DNA of 35,289 nt from a virus, in the UHGV virus genome UHGV-0114939. One strand, written 5' to 3'. The stretch's first letter is position 1, and every line of letters begins with the position of its first letter. A program made the position numbers and the translations under genes. The notes under the pieces were generated by a model. The model saw only the letters and a program-made list of their open reading frames with translations, did not search any database and was not told the origin of the DNA. Below, in pieces: positions 25,495 to 35,140 of this stretch.

Positions 25495-27636
25495 TTAGTC
25501 CGCAATCCCAAGGATGAGGTTATTCTGCGCCTGGTTGTTTTCCCTTATCTTGGTATCAACCAGCCCTGCGATCTTATCGTCATGGACAAACACATCCATC
25601 TGCTGATTAATGTTCGCTTGCCCGGTAACACTGACAGGAATCGGCTGTCGCTGCGTCATGCTATCAATTGTCGGAACCGTGAACGTTGGTTGCTGGGGTG
25701 TTAGATAGTTCAGGCCAGGAACATTCAACGCTAGCGCTGGAACGTTATACGCCGTGCCTGAGCCGATACTGCTCGAAGCGGAACTATTCAGCCACGGGTA
25801 AATCTGTTTCAGAGTCTGACCGATGCTACGTGGATCAAAGCCGGTCTTTTCCTTAATCCAATCGGCAGCACCGTTTGCGGAGTCATCTACCACGCTCGTA
25901 TAAACCGCATCCGGCAATGTCGCGCCTTTCTTGAGTTCTTCACCAACTCGACCAGCGAAGGAGAGAATGTTGGTGGTTAGCTCACCAAGGGCAACGCCGA
26001 GGGAATCGGAAATTGGGATCAGTCCAGTCATATTCTGACGTAGAGTGTCAGTATTGGCAGCGTACTGCCCCAGGCCTTCAACAAACGAGGCTGAGAAGTG
26101 ATCCGCAAGGCTGGTTTGTACTCGGTTGTACTCAGCCCCCAAAGCTGCCAGCTTATCAAGGTTGGCCTGCTGTGCATCAGATAGCGTCCATCCTTCAGAA
26201 GCGAGTTGATGCATACGCTGGATAAGTCCCTGCCCCTCATCATTGAACACTTCGAGGAAGACCGAACCATCATTTACAGCCTCAGCCAAGTGCCGGGTCT
26301 GGTTGTTCGTCCATTTGAAAGTTTTCTGCAACTGTTTCAGGTAAGTGATGAAGGTCGGAAAATCCAGCTTTTGCAGTTCTCCGATCACCTTCTGTGCTAC
26401 CTTCTGGTTGCCGTTGGTGGAGGTCAGCACGTTGTTGATGATATCTGCGAACTCGCCACCGCCGCTGAAATTCACCTGTCCAGTTTTCTTGTTACGTTTG
26501 AAAGAGCCGGTGTTCAGCAATTCCCCGGCCTTTTCGGTTGTGTCCTTGTTGAGGTCAGCCAGCTTGTCAGCACTCAGTGAGTAACCAACACGGCTCATTG
26601 ATAGATCCTGAAGTGCTGCAAACTCAAGGTTGCTGATCCCATACTGCTGGAGTTTTTTCACATCGCGAGAACGCTCAAGGCTTCCCTGAAGGGTCTGACC
26701 AACACGAGAAACGCCCATACTACCTACTAACGCCGCACCACCAATAACACCAGCGGCAGCAAGACCTACACTCCCACCACGGCTTTCTGTGCGTACACGA
26801 CCAGCACGAACACCTGCGGTTTTCTGCTCACGGGTAGTACGTTGTTGCAAACGAGCCTGCTTGCGTAATTCTGTGGTGATACGAGCCATTTCGAAGCGGG
26901 TCTCTTCGACCGTATAGCGCTCTTCTTTCTGGGCTTTGAGTGCCTCTTTTGCTGCACTGATCGCTTTATAACGGGTTGCAACGCCAGCGCCGTTCACGTT
27001 TGCCAGAGTCAGAGCGCTACGGCGCAAACTGTTGTAATAAGTCACATCGCGCTTAAGGCCTGCCTCTTTCTCACGCTGACGCTTTTCCTCCAGGGCCATC
27101 GCCTTTTTGGTGGCTGCGATGTCAGCAGCAACAGCGCCGTGACCACGGTTCATTGCTTCAGTCTGGCGAGAAACAAGACCGGGATCGTAATGTTGACCGC
27201 CCATGTTGGGGTTGTAGGTCATCGCGCGGGAGCGACTCGCCTGTCTCACCTTTTCAGATATTGCTGCTAAACGGGCATTCTGACGTGCTGCCTGTTCCTG
27301 TTGGGATAACTGGCGAGCCTGTAATGAGGTCATTTTATTGGCGTGGGCGATTGCGTCCCGCTCCATTTTGGCTTGTATCTGAGCTTGTTTCTGTTGCTGT
27401 TTTGACAATTGTTCAGCCTGTCGAAGTTTCGCAGTCTGGGCTTTCGCTGCTGCTAGTGCTGCTTTGCCTTCACTCTGGGCGGTACGCTTCTGTGCCTTCT
27501 CAAGCGCTTTAGCGGGTTTCTCGTGAGCAGCCTTAAGCGAAATTATCTTCTTTTTGGCTTTTTGATATGAGGCATCGTCTGTGATCCACGAGATTTCATT
27601 AACGGTGCTGGTAACAATCTTATTGGTCCCACTCAT
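25495..27636 (-). CDS. tape-measure-like protein (coiled coil, Ala/Gln-rich, internal hydrophobic Gly-rich segment)
   Basis: 713 aa; ATG at 27636 overlaps the upstream stop (TAATG). Segment GSVGLAAAGVIGGAALVGSMGV and long A/Q/K-rich helices are typical of tape-measure proteins. Confidence 0.5.
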   Translation of the reverse strand: MSGTNKIVTSTVNEISWITDDASYQKAKKKIISLKAAHEKPAKALEKAQKRTAQSEGKAALAAAKAQTAKLRQAEQLSKQQQKQAQIQAKMERDAIAHANKMTSLQARQLSQQEQAARQNARLAAISEKVRQASRSRAMTYNPNMGGQHYDPGLVSRQTEAMNRGHGAVAADIAATKKAMALEEKRQREKEAGLKRDVTYYNSLRRSALTLANVNGAGVATRYKAISAAKEALKAQKEERYTVEETRFEMARITTELRKQARLQQRTTREQKTAGVRAGRVRTESRGGSVGLAAAGVIGGAALVGSMGVSRVGQTLQGSLERSRDVKKLQQYGISNLEFAALQDLSMSRVGYSLSADKLADLNKDTTEKAGELLNTGSFKRNKKTGQVNFSGGGEFADIINNVLTSTNGNQKVAQKVIGELQKLDFPTFITYLKQLQKTFKWTNNQTRHLAEAVNDGSVFLEVFNDEGQGLIQRMHQLASEGWTLSDAQQANLDKLAALGAEYNRVQTSLADHFSASFVEGLGQYAANTDTLRQNMTGLIPISDSLGVALGELTTNILSFAGRVGEELKKGATLPDAVYTSVVDDSANGAADWIKEKTGFDPRSIGQTLKQIYPWLNSSASSSIGSGTAYNVPALALNVPGLNYLTPQQPTFTVPTIDSMTQRQPIPVSVTGQANINQQMDVFVHDDKIAGLVDTKIRENNQAQNNLILGIAD

Positions 27637-27959
27637 TACACCCCCTGCTGCTTGATGATATTGCCGTATCGATCAGGATCGGATTTTGCGAGAGCAGCAG
27701 CCGCTGCTTTAGCCTTCGCCAGTATTTCAGGATCGATATGGTCAGCGGTATGTGAGACAACCGAACGACTATCAGCACCCAACGATTTTTTAATCCGTTT
27801 GGTGGGGGTGTCAGACGAGGCTGATTTGAGCAACTCCGGATGTTGATCTAGAAAGTTATCGGTGACGCTCTTCAGATTGTCCCGCGCTTTTTGGAGTTCG
27901 TATTCCTCCGGTGTCATGCCATGCATGGCGGCGAAAATCCGGTCTTTTATTGTGGTCAT
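27636..27959 (-). CDS. hypothetical protein (possible tail assembly chaperone by position)
   Basis: 107 aa; ATG at 27959; immediately precedes the tape-measure-like gene. Confidence 0.45.
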   Translation of the reverse strand: MTTIKDRIFAAMHGMTPEEYELQKARDNLKSVTDNFLDQHPELLKSASSDTPTKRIKKSLGADSRSVVSHTADHIDPEILAKAKAAAAALAKSDPDRYGNIIKQQGV

Positions 27960-28073
27960 TTTTATAGTATCTCCAGAGAAGGATGCTCCCGCCGATCAGG
28001 ACGTGACGAAGCGCCACCCAGATCCAAAGCAGGAAAAAGATGTAATCAAAGTTCATTGGCTCCCGATGTGGGA

Positions 28074-28547
28074 TTATTTGGATTTACGTTTAGTGCGCTT
28101 CTTCTTCACTGTCGGCAGCTTGCAGATATTCGCGAACACGTCTGGGTAGTAACCCAACATTTCAGCGTCAGTGATCCCGGCGTTATGCAGGTAATATCGA
28201 AGGCTGACGTATGACAGACCATCGCAACGCTTGCGGATCTGTTCCGGGTGCATCCGATGTGACCACATTTCACGGACAAATTCTGTCCGGGCTCTCGGTG
28301 TCATCATCGCCCAGGTCACCGCTTGTTTTTGACGTGCGAGCCGCCAGACTTCAGCGAACGGCAGATCTAGGGTATTAGCGACAATATGCGGTGAAAATCC
28401 ACGATTAAGCAATAAACGGGCTTTGCGTTGTGTTTCCGGATCGGAAGGTTTGGATCGGGATTTATATGTCGGTTTCTCCAGAATGGAGAACAGGCGGGAT
28501 AGCTGGATTTCTTCTTCGGCGCTCAGGCCGTTGGCAACATCACACAA
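28074..28547 (-). CDS. hypothetical protein with HTH-like region
   Basis: TTG start at 28547 with strong GGAGGA RBS 5 nt upstream; basic C-terminus KKKRTKRKSK. Confidence 0.5.
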   Translation of the reverse strand: MCDVANGLSAEEEIQLSRLFSILEKPTYKSRSKPSDPETQRKARLLLNRGFSPHIVANTLDLPFAEVWRLARQKQAVTWAMMTPRARTEFVREMWSHRMHPEQIRKRCDGLSYVSLRYYLHNAGITDAEMLGYYPDVFANICKLPTVKKKRTKRKSK

Positions 28548-28562
28548 TTATTCCTCCAATTG

Positions 28563-29474
28563 CTAAAACGGTTCGTCATCATTAAATTCAAGCTGCTCAT
28601 CCTCTTGCTGCTGCGGGGTATTAGTAGCCTGTTTCGCTTCGGTTGCTCTTCGCGCCTGCTGCTGTTTGTAATAAGCATCAGGACCGGATGAAGTATCGTT
28701 AGCGGCAGACCTCGATCCTTTGTATCCATCGCTCTGGATGATTCTGATATGGCTCTTTATCAGATCTGTTATCGCACCAGGTTTTTCTATCCCCCACATC
28801 GCACCATAGGCCATAAATCCTTCATCGTCGTAGCCTTCTACCCAGTTGTTGAGGGTATCGATATCTGCCATCTGGGGCTGGTCTGGGCTTTTGACTGTTG
28901 GGAATTGGATTGCATTTCCACCATTCACCGCATCATCACCACCGGATAGATCAGCATCGACAGGAACACCCACAGGAGGTACGCCGTCTCGCTTTCCAGC
29001 ACCGCCCTGATCAGATTCGCCATCACCTTTTTTCTCCTCGTTTTTTGGCTGTTGACTAGATTTTCCTAAGCGTTTCTCATGGTCATACATTGGTTCTCCA
29101 GCCCACTCTGGGTAGGAAAACTCCAGATTTCCAGCGACCTTATCAACATCGATCACTTTATAAATATTGCAACGCCCGACCTTTCCAGTGATTTCAACTA
29201 GACCAAGAGCGATCAGCTTATCGATCTGAGGCTTTGTTTTCTTCTTGGCGTCACCGATTCGAGCAACGGTCCCTAGACGCTCCTGCGACTCAGCAAATGG
29301 CTGTTTCAAGCCTTTCCGATAACGGTACTGATTAAGCATATAAGCGTATAATTTTTCTAGTGAATTGCTAATCTCAACCACTTCACCAGTGGATTTATTT
29401 GTAACCGTGTCTGCATGGAAAAGGCGATTCTCGCTCTTGTAAAAACGCTCATTGGTGTTTCCGTTCTGGCTCAT
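28563..29474 (-). CDS. hypothetical protein, possible winged-helix replication initiator-like N-terminus, acidic C-terminus
   Basis: ATG at 29474 with GGGAGAA RBS. N-terminal LEKLYAYMLNQYRYRKGLKQPFAESQERLGTVARIGDAKKKTKPQIDKLIALGLVEI resembles the lambda O N-domain style wHTH (weak, by eye). Confidence 0.45.
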   Translation of the reverse strand: MSQNGNTNERFYKSENRLFHADTVTNKSTGEVVEISNSLEKLYAYMLNQYRYRKGLKQPFAESQERLGTVARIGDAKKKTKPQIDKLIALGLVEITGKVGRCNIYKVIDVDKVAGNLEFSYPEWAGEPMYDHEKRLGKSSQQPKNEEKKGDGESDQGGAGKRDGVPPVGVPVDADLSGGDDAVNGGNAIQFPTVKSPDQPQMADIDTLNNWVEGYDDEGFMAYGAMWGIEKPGAITDLIKSHIRIIQSDGYKGSRSAANDTSSGPDAYYKQQQARRATEAKQATNTPQQQEDEQLEFNDDEPF

Positions 29475-29637
29475 GTTGTTCTCCCTGTGGGTTCGTCAGT
29501 GGTTGTTCATTGCGTTTCTGAATGTGTTTCGCCAGGTTCTGGCACATGTTCCGGATCATCCTGGGAACCGGCATCCCGAGGCGGTCAGATTCCTCGCGTA
29601 AAATTGCATATGTTTCATCGTCTAAAGATAGTTTCAT
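29449..29637 (-). CDS. putative ribbon-helix-helix DNA-binding protein
   Basis: ATG at 29637 with GGGGGGAA RBS. MKLSLDDETYAILREESDRLGMPVPRMIRNM has an RHH-like strand-helix pattern. Overlaps the start of 28563..29474 by 26 nt. Confidence 0.4.
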   Translation of the reverse strand: MKLSLDDETYAILREESDRLGMPVPRMIRNMCQNLAKHIQKRNEQPLTNPQGEQHEPERKHQ

Positions 29638-29765
29638 CTCAAGTTCCCCCCGAATGCATAAAGGTTATCGCCCCTGCGATCACGGTGGCGATCAGGGGTA
29701 AGGAGTCGTGTTTGCGGCGATTTCGTTTGGTGGCGTTGCTGCCAACGGAGTAATGCAGAGAATGG

Positions 29766-30194
29766 TTATTCGGTTGTGGTCAGTTCGGGAATGGCTTTTC
29801 CGATAATGCCTTCGAGTTCACCGCCAGACTCAATCATCTTAAGCAGAAGGATCTGCTCATTCATCAGACCGATGCCATGAGAGGCGTAATAGACACGCCA
29901 GGCAGACAGCACTGGTTCAATGATTTCCATAACATCACGGCCTTTTGCCAACTCTGCTGAGTACGGTTTAAGAATATCCCGGATGATTTTTGCGTCTTTC
30001 GCTTGCTGACGCAGGCGTTTAATGATGTTCAGTGCTTCGCGAGTAGCTGGATAGAGCTTATCGGCTTTCTTGGCACCACCCATACGAGTACGGAAGGCGT
30101 GAAGGTTTTGAGCTGTGGTAATTTTTGCATCGATTGCAGCGACAATCTCTGAGGCAGTGGCGTTCGAGAAATCGAACAGAACAGGTTTCCCCAT
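29766..30194 (-). CDS. hypothetical protein, first gene of the leftward operon
   Basis: ATG at 30194 with AGGAGAG RBS; 142 aa. Confidence 0.55.
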   Translation of the reverse strand: MGKPVLFDFSNATASEIVAAIDAKITTAQNLHAFRTRMGGAKKADKLYPATREALNIIKRLRQQAKDAKIIRDILKPYSAELAKGRDVMEIIEPVLSAWRVYYASHGIGLMNEQILLLKMIESGGELEGIIGKAIPELTTTE

Positions 30195-30825
30195 GTATCT
30201 CTCCTATTTAAGTTATTGTTTAGTCATAAAATCATCTCAGTTGATAATATATATTTTATAGTAAATTAGTTTATTTGTCAACCGATTTCTCATTTAATTG
30301 ATGAAGTAATTGATGTGTTTTTTGTCAATACCCCGCAACTTTATACACAGACCTTTTCTTTGTCAAGCCCCCTAACCACAAAGCGCTCTCAGACGCTTAA
30401 GATTCAACGCTGTAAGCGAAGCGGTACAAAGTCACCAGCAATAGGAGAAAGACGCTCTGAAGGAGACAGGGAGCGTTACAGGGCCGCTTGCATCATGGCA
30501 TCGCCACCGAGAATCACAGGGCCGTTATAGCCTTGTGAGATTGAGGGGGGACCGCCGCCCCCAGGGGGGGAGTGTACGTCGCGTTGCAAGCTCCTCTGCG
30601 CCGTGCTCGATCCACATTGACTGACGCGCCTCGCGGCTTGTCTTCCACACATATCTGAAGTGGCAGAGCCATTCAGAGCAGAGCGATACAGAAGCATCAC
30701 TCCTTAACACCAACAATTGAACGCATGTTCAACCAGTCTTTGACCCGTCTTTAGATCTTGACCTTAAGTCTTACATGGCTTTAAAAGTCTTTATGGGTTT
30801 TATAATCTTATTAAAAAAGTCTTTT

Positions 30826-30947
30826 TAGTGGGGTGTTTTTACCCCCATTACTGGCACTCTATAGGGGTATATTTACCCACATACCAAAATTCAATAGGGG
30901 TGTATTTACCTACATTCAAATTCCTATAGGGGTATTTTTACCCCCAT
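30826..30947. repeat. four 23-bp iterons (GGGGT-N6-ACCCC type) at 32-34 bp spacing; putative replication origin of element B
   Basis: TAGTGGGGTGTTTTTACCCCCAT (30826), TATAGGGGTATATTTACCCACAT (30860), AATAGGGGTGTATTTACCTACAT (30893), TATAGGGGTATTTTTACCCCCAT (30925). Confidence 0.55.
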
Positions 30948-31937
30948 GCGAGAGCATCTCACCACTTACCTTTCTTCAGTGGTCTGCTTCTCAATGGCCC
31001 ACAGCACCTAGGGATATTAAATGGTGCTTAAATCGAATTAAGTGTCCCTTAAGTCGCCATTTCTACCACCTATTGTGGGGTTGTAGTCACTTGCTCGCCT
31101 GTGGGATGTGGTGATCGTTATATCGAGATGTACACGACGAAGCCGCGCCAGTGCTGAATGCGTTAAATCCGTCAACCAAATGTGTGTCAAACCAGTTTAC
31201 CGATCCGCCCTTCAATACCGAAAAAATAAATTTTCTTCGAAAAAACAACTGAAAACCCTCTATTCCTAGGCCTATGGGAGCTTCTCAGCGGGCGCTGTGC
31301 TATCGGTGGGTCAGTTCACGATTGTGTGGAGATAACGCCGCTACGGGCTTCTGGTGGAGAATACGGGACTATTGGTGGGACTGCTTGCGCTGGTGTGGGA
31401 AAAGGTACGTATCCGTGACCTGTTAGGGCGGGAGAATTTCGCCTGTTGGGGGCTGACGTAGTGGCCTGCTGGCAGGTATAAGAACTCACCTCTAACTTAC
31501 ACAATGTACATGTGTAAGTTATCAAATCATTGATTCTTATGAGATGTGTTGTGGATGAACATCTAAGAGGCTGTCTTATGCAGAATTTATGCAGAATCAG
31601 GCAAGGTTTATTCATTACTAGAGCCAGCATATGTGGTGTGCAAAGGACTACCCTTCGATATTTTAAAATGATGTTTCATTTTCATTGAACCATCATGGAG
31701 GGGGGTTCAGCACATCAGCCCATGCGCAGGGAGTCCGTAACCGGATGAAGCCACGCTTCACAGCCAAAGGCTGCTAGGGATATTTTCCGACAATGATATC
31801 TGAAGAGTGGCCCCCACTTTCGTTTCCCACCGCGCGGGAGCGGGTGCAATAGCATATAAAAAACCCTTTACAATGATCATATTATGATCAATATTTGCTT
31901 TGTAACTTACTTAATGAGATAGCAATGGGGGAATTGT

Positions 31938-32498
31938 ATGAAGAAGGTCGAACCAGTCAGAGACAAAGAGAAGATCGCAGAGGTTGAAAGACTGCTGCGT
32001 CAGAATAACAGCAGCGCTATCTACGGTGATTTGTGGGTGTTCCTGAATCAGACAGCGGCGCGTATTGGTGACGCTCTCAGGTTGCGTTATACCGACTTTA
32101 ATCACATCGAAGGGAACGTGTTGAATCTGAAGGAACAGAAGACAGGGAAAATCCGCTCGATCATGCTGACTGCCAAAGCGCTTGAACTGGTAGCACAACG
32201 CCGTGCTGATAATCCCGGTCATGAATACCTGTTCGAAGTGGACAGCAACCGGGCCAAAGGAAAACCGATCAGCCGGGTGACGGTCTCAGCCAAATTCAAA
32301 GAAGCCGGAGATATGCTCAATTTGCACATTGCGGCGCACAGTCCACGCAAGAACCTTGGCTATCACGCTATAAAACGTGGGGTAAGTCTGCCGACGCTCA
32401 CGAAGCTGTACGGGCATTCATCGCAGGCGGTCACGCTGGCGTATTGTGGGATCATGGATAAGGATGTCGAAGACGTTTTCCAGACTATAGATTATTGA
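31938..32498 (+). CDS. small tyrosine recombinase, FimB/FimE-like (catalytic domain only)
   Basis: 186 aa; ATG at 31938 with GGGGGAA RBS. Catalytic-region motifs HSPRKNLGYHAIKRG...LYGHSS...LAYCG (H-x-x-R ... H ... Y). Confidence 0.75.
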   Translation: MKKVEPVRDKEKIAEVERLLRQNNSSAIYGDLWVFLNQTAARIGDALRLRYTDFNHIEGNVLNLKEQKTGKIRSIMLTAKALELVAQRRADNPGHEYLFEVDSNRAKGKPISRVTVSAKFKEAGDMLNLHIAAHSPRKNLGYHAIKRGVSLPTLTKLYGHSSQAVTLAYCGIMDKDVEDVFQTIDY

Positions 32499-32589
32499 GT
32501 GAAAATAATACTGAGTTGAATTATGTTGTGGTTAATTAATGCAAAATGAAGGCAGGAATAAGTTCCCACCTTCACAATAAGTAGTCGTA

Positions 32590-32799
32590 TTATTCAAGTC
32601 GAGATTTATTTTTATTGACATATGGATGGAATTCGCCATGAGTCAGTCTTGCTTTTCCAAGAGATGACTTGAGCTCTGTCCCCATAGTTCTTAAGGTACT
32701 TCTATTGGAAGCAGTTTCTCTTTTATTTACTTTCTTAGCGTGATAGTTCATTTCATGATCTTCAGAAAAATTCACATACTCATGATCACTGATTGCCAT
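32590..32799 (-). CDS. hypothetical small basic protein
   Basis: ATG at 32799 with GAGGAG RBS; 69 aa, Lys/His/Asn-rich; low-GC region. Confidence 0.5.
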   Translation of the reverse strand: MAISDHEYVNFSEDHEMNYHAKKVNKRETASNRSTLRTMGTELKSSLGKARLTHGEFHPYVNKNKSRLE

Positions 32800-33130
32800 T
32801 GCTTAGCTCCTCGCTAGTCCAATTAGACAGAAACAGAACTTCTATAAGAAACATCTTAAACATACTGTAACAACGTTTAGAAGTATGCAATTGCAATAGT
32901 TATTAATGCACGCTATAAACTTATTTGATCGCAAAAATGTGATCTTACGCAAATTTCACTGCGTCTCTTATCCTTTCCTTTTATTCCCTATCTTGCGGAT
33001 GATGCTCATGCTGCAACCATCGTTGCAACGAGCTTCCTCGTAATGCCAACAGCTGTATCAATAATTCTTACAGTCGCCACTGTGCTGACTAATATTCCAG
33101 ATATACATTAATCCTATTAATCACGGAAGT

Positions 33131-33766
33131 TTATTTTATAAATGCCAAAGTTTTAAGAATTTTTCTCAGTTTCGTGAGTTGTTCTGTTTTTTCGAGATCA
33201 GCCAAATTATCATCAATACTTTCTAAACAGAGGGTTATTCTTGACATAACCTCACTATGAATCTGTTTCAACCCCTCTCCATACTTGGTTGCAATATGGA
33301 AGGTCTGCTCAAAGTTGAATCGATGAATATCCTTCTGGGTATCATGATATATTGTTTGGAGTTTAGATAAATCCTCCAATATTTGATTATTCATTCTGAA
33401 AGTATCCACAAGACTTCTTGCTGAACCATAGCAAATAACAATTGATTTCATCGTGTTTTCATTGATGGACGTTAAGGCAAAAGAATTACTTTCATAGAAA
33501 GAGAAGTAATTTTGTGTTAGCGGAAATATATTTTCAAATGGTTTTCCACCTTCATACTCTTCGAGAGAGTCATATATTCTTTTTTTATAAAGCTCGAGTA
33601 ACGTTTCTATTTCTGCTTTAATACCTACCAACACACTTTTTTGTTTATCTTTTGCTTCATGATCCAAGGCTCTTTCTTGTCTGCGCCCATCGATGAGCGT
33701 CCCCCATAAGGTGAAAAGACCACCAATGAGAGCACCAATTAAACCAGATGCCAGTTCGCTACTCAT
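33131..33766 (-). CDS. hypothetical membrane-anchored protein (N-terminal transmembrane helix)
   Basis: ATG at 33766; N-terminus MSSELASGLIGALIGGLFTLWGTLI then a charged helical region; low-GC gene. Confidence 0.6.
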   Translation of the reverse strand: MSSELASGLIGALIGGLFTLWGTLIDGRRQERALDHEAKDKQKSVLVGIKAEIETLLELYKKRIYDSLEEYEGGKPFENIFPLTQNYFSFYESNSFALTSINENTMKSIVICYGSARSLVDTFRMNNQILEDLSKLQTIYHDTQKDIHRFNFEQTFHIATKYGEGLKQIHSEVMSRITLCLESIDDNLADLEKTEQLTKLRKILKTLAFIK

Positions 33767-34289
33767 ATCATCTACCTGTGGTTATTTTATATCCACGATG
33801 TTACCGCAACCTTTTGGACAATAGAAGCCATAAAGCCCCGTTAGTGGTACAGGCAACAAGCGGAGCGTAGCGACTTCATCAGATTGTAAGATAGATCACA
33901 CCTTATCAGGGTGCTCGTGTACCGTCAGGAGCGTGAGCGAAGCGCTGGCAGAGCCGGATCTGTAGCTACCGGGGCATTACCACTAGTACCTGTTTACGTG
34001 GCTCATAGGGCCACACATCGGGCTTAAATGCGTGTAATCAATCTGTTTCGGGATGGTTTAGAGACGTTGGCGGCGTCATCAGCTTCGAGTTGATAGCGAT
34101 TCGTGTGGACTGTTCACGCCTTGTACCTGTTCGAGCTTTACAACTACAGGCCGCTACGTGCTAACATCCCTGAATAGCCACTGTTAACCATAGCGGCAAC
34201 TGTTGGTCATAGAATCCCTTAAAAAAAGATTGTACCTTGAGAACGAAAATCGTCTTAAGCTATTGTTTTTAAAGGATTTTGTTGTGTGA

Positions 34290-34333
34290 GTGCCGATAAT
34301 AGGAGTCGAACCTACGACCTTCGCATTACGAAT
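34290..34333 (-). other. att core, copy 2: 44 bp identical to tRNA-Thr from the anticodon loop to the acceptor stem (no CCA)
   Basis: Minus strand reads ATTCGTAATGCGAAGGTCGTAGGTTCGACTCCTATTATCGGCAC. Shares 34 bp with copy 1; flanks are not tRNA sequence. Confidence 0.6.
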
Positions 34334-34513
34334 TAGTAGAATCACATTTAACTAACTGTTTTATATGTACATCTCCGCATTCACATTGCACAACTCGATG
34401 GCACATGAGGCAAGAAAGGGAATGACGTTTTACGGCGTGTGACACAAAAATGACACACGATAAGAATACATCCACAGCACGTATGGCATATCGCGCACTG
34501 TGGACATTTAGCA

Positions 34514-35065
34514 TTACTCTAAAGCAGGGAATCTTTTATACAGCGTAGAGATCTCTACATTAAACTGAATTGAAATTTCCTGCCGAGATTCACCGTCCAT
34601 GATGAGCCTTCCCATCTCTTTCCACTGTTCATCAGTAAACTTCGGCCTACGTCCACCGACTCGCCCTTTTGCTCTGGCGACGGCCAGACCAGCTAAAGTT
34701 CTCTCACTGTTAAGGTCTGACTCGTACTGTGCCGCAGAAAGAATATTGCGGAAATTGTAGCGCCCGCTGGCGGTTTTCAGATCTACACCATCGGTAATAC
34801 TGCGGAAGTTGATACCCTTTTCCTGCAACTGCTGGAACATCAGCAACGCATGCAGGACGTTGCGCCCGATCCTGTCCAGCTTCCAGACCACCAGTTCATC
34901 CCCAGCCTGCATAGTGGTGATCAGCCGCTTCAGTACCGGACGATTAGATTTTCTCCCGCTTGCATGCTCTTCAAAAATGTGATCACATCCTGATAACTCA
35001 AGGGCAGAGCGCTGAAGTTCAGTATCCTGATGGTTTGTAGATACTCGGGCATAGCCGTAAATCAT
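34514..35065 (-). CDS. serine recombinase, DNA invertase family (Pin/Hin/Gin-like)
   Basis: ATG at 35065 with AGGAGA RBS. N-terminal catalytic motif GYARVSTNHQD, VVWKLDRIGR, and C-terminal HTH (ISTLYKR). Confidence 0.9.
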   Translation of the reverse strand: MIYGYARVSTNHQDTELQRSALELSGCDHIFEEHASGRKSNRPVLKRLITTMQAGDELVVWKLDRIGRNVLHALLMFQQLQEKGINFRSITDGVDLKTASGRYNFRNILSAAQYESDLNSERTLAGLAVARAKGRVGGRRPKFTDEQWKEMGRLIMDGESRQEISIQFNVEISTLYKRFPALE

Positions 35066-35140
35066 GGGAATTTCTCCTGTTATGAAAACAGGAGAAACGG
35101 CGAAATATCGCCAGGTTATCAGGGGTTATAAAAAAGGTTC

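Larger units (their letters stand above)
20293..34333. mobile_element. integrative element B (integrase, DarT-like module, degraded head/tail genes, iterons, small recombinase), bounded by the two att core copies
   Basis: 34-bp identical cores at both ends; integrase reads inward from the left core. Confidence 0.45.

Noticed and set aside
26013-26584. Plus-strand ORFs 26013..26225, 26206..26580, 26345..26584
   Set aside because: Antisense shadows inside the 713-aa tape-measure-like gene.
34326-34514. 62-aa ORF on the minus strand
   Set aside because: Overlaps the att core copy 2; Cys/His-rich; no RBS.
35072-35096. gix/hix-type invertase crossover site
   Set aside because: Half-sites (TTTCTCCTGTTT) do not resemble the TTATC.AAAACC consensus; more likely a terminator or RBS-sequestering hairpin.
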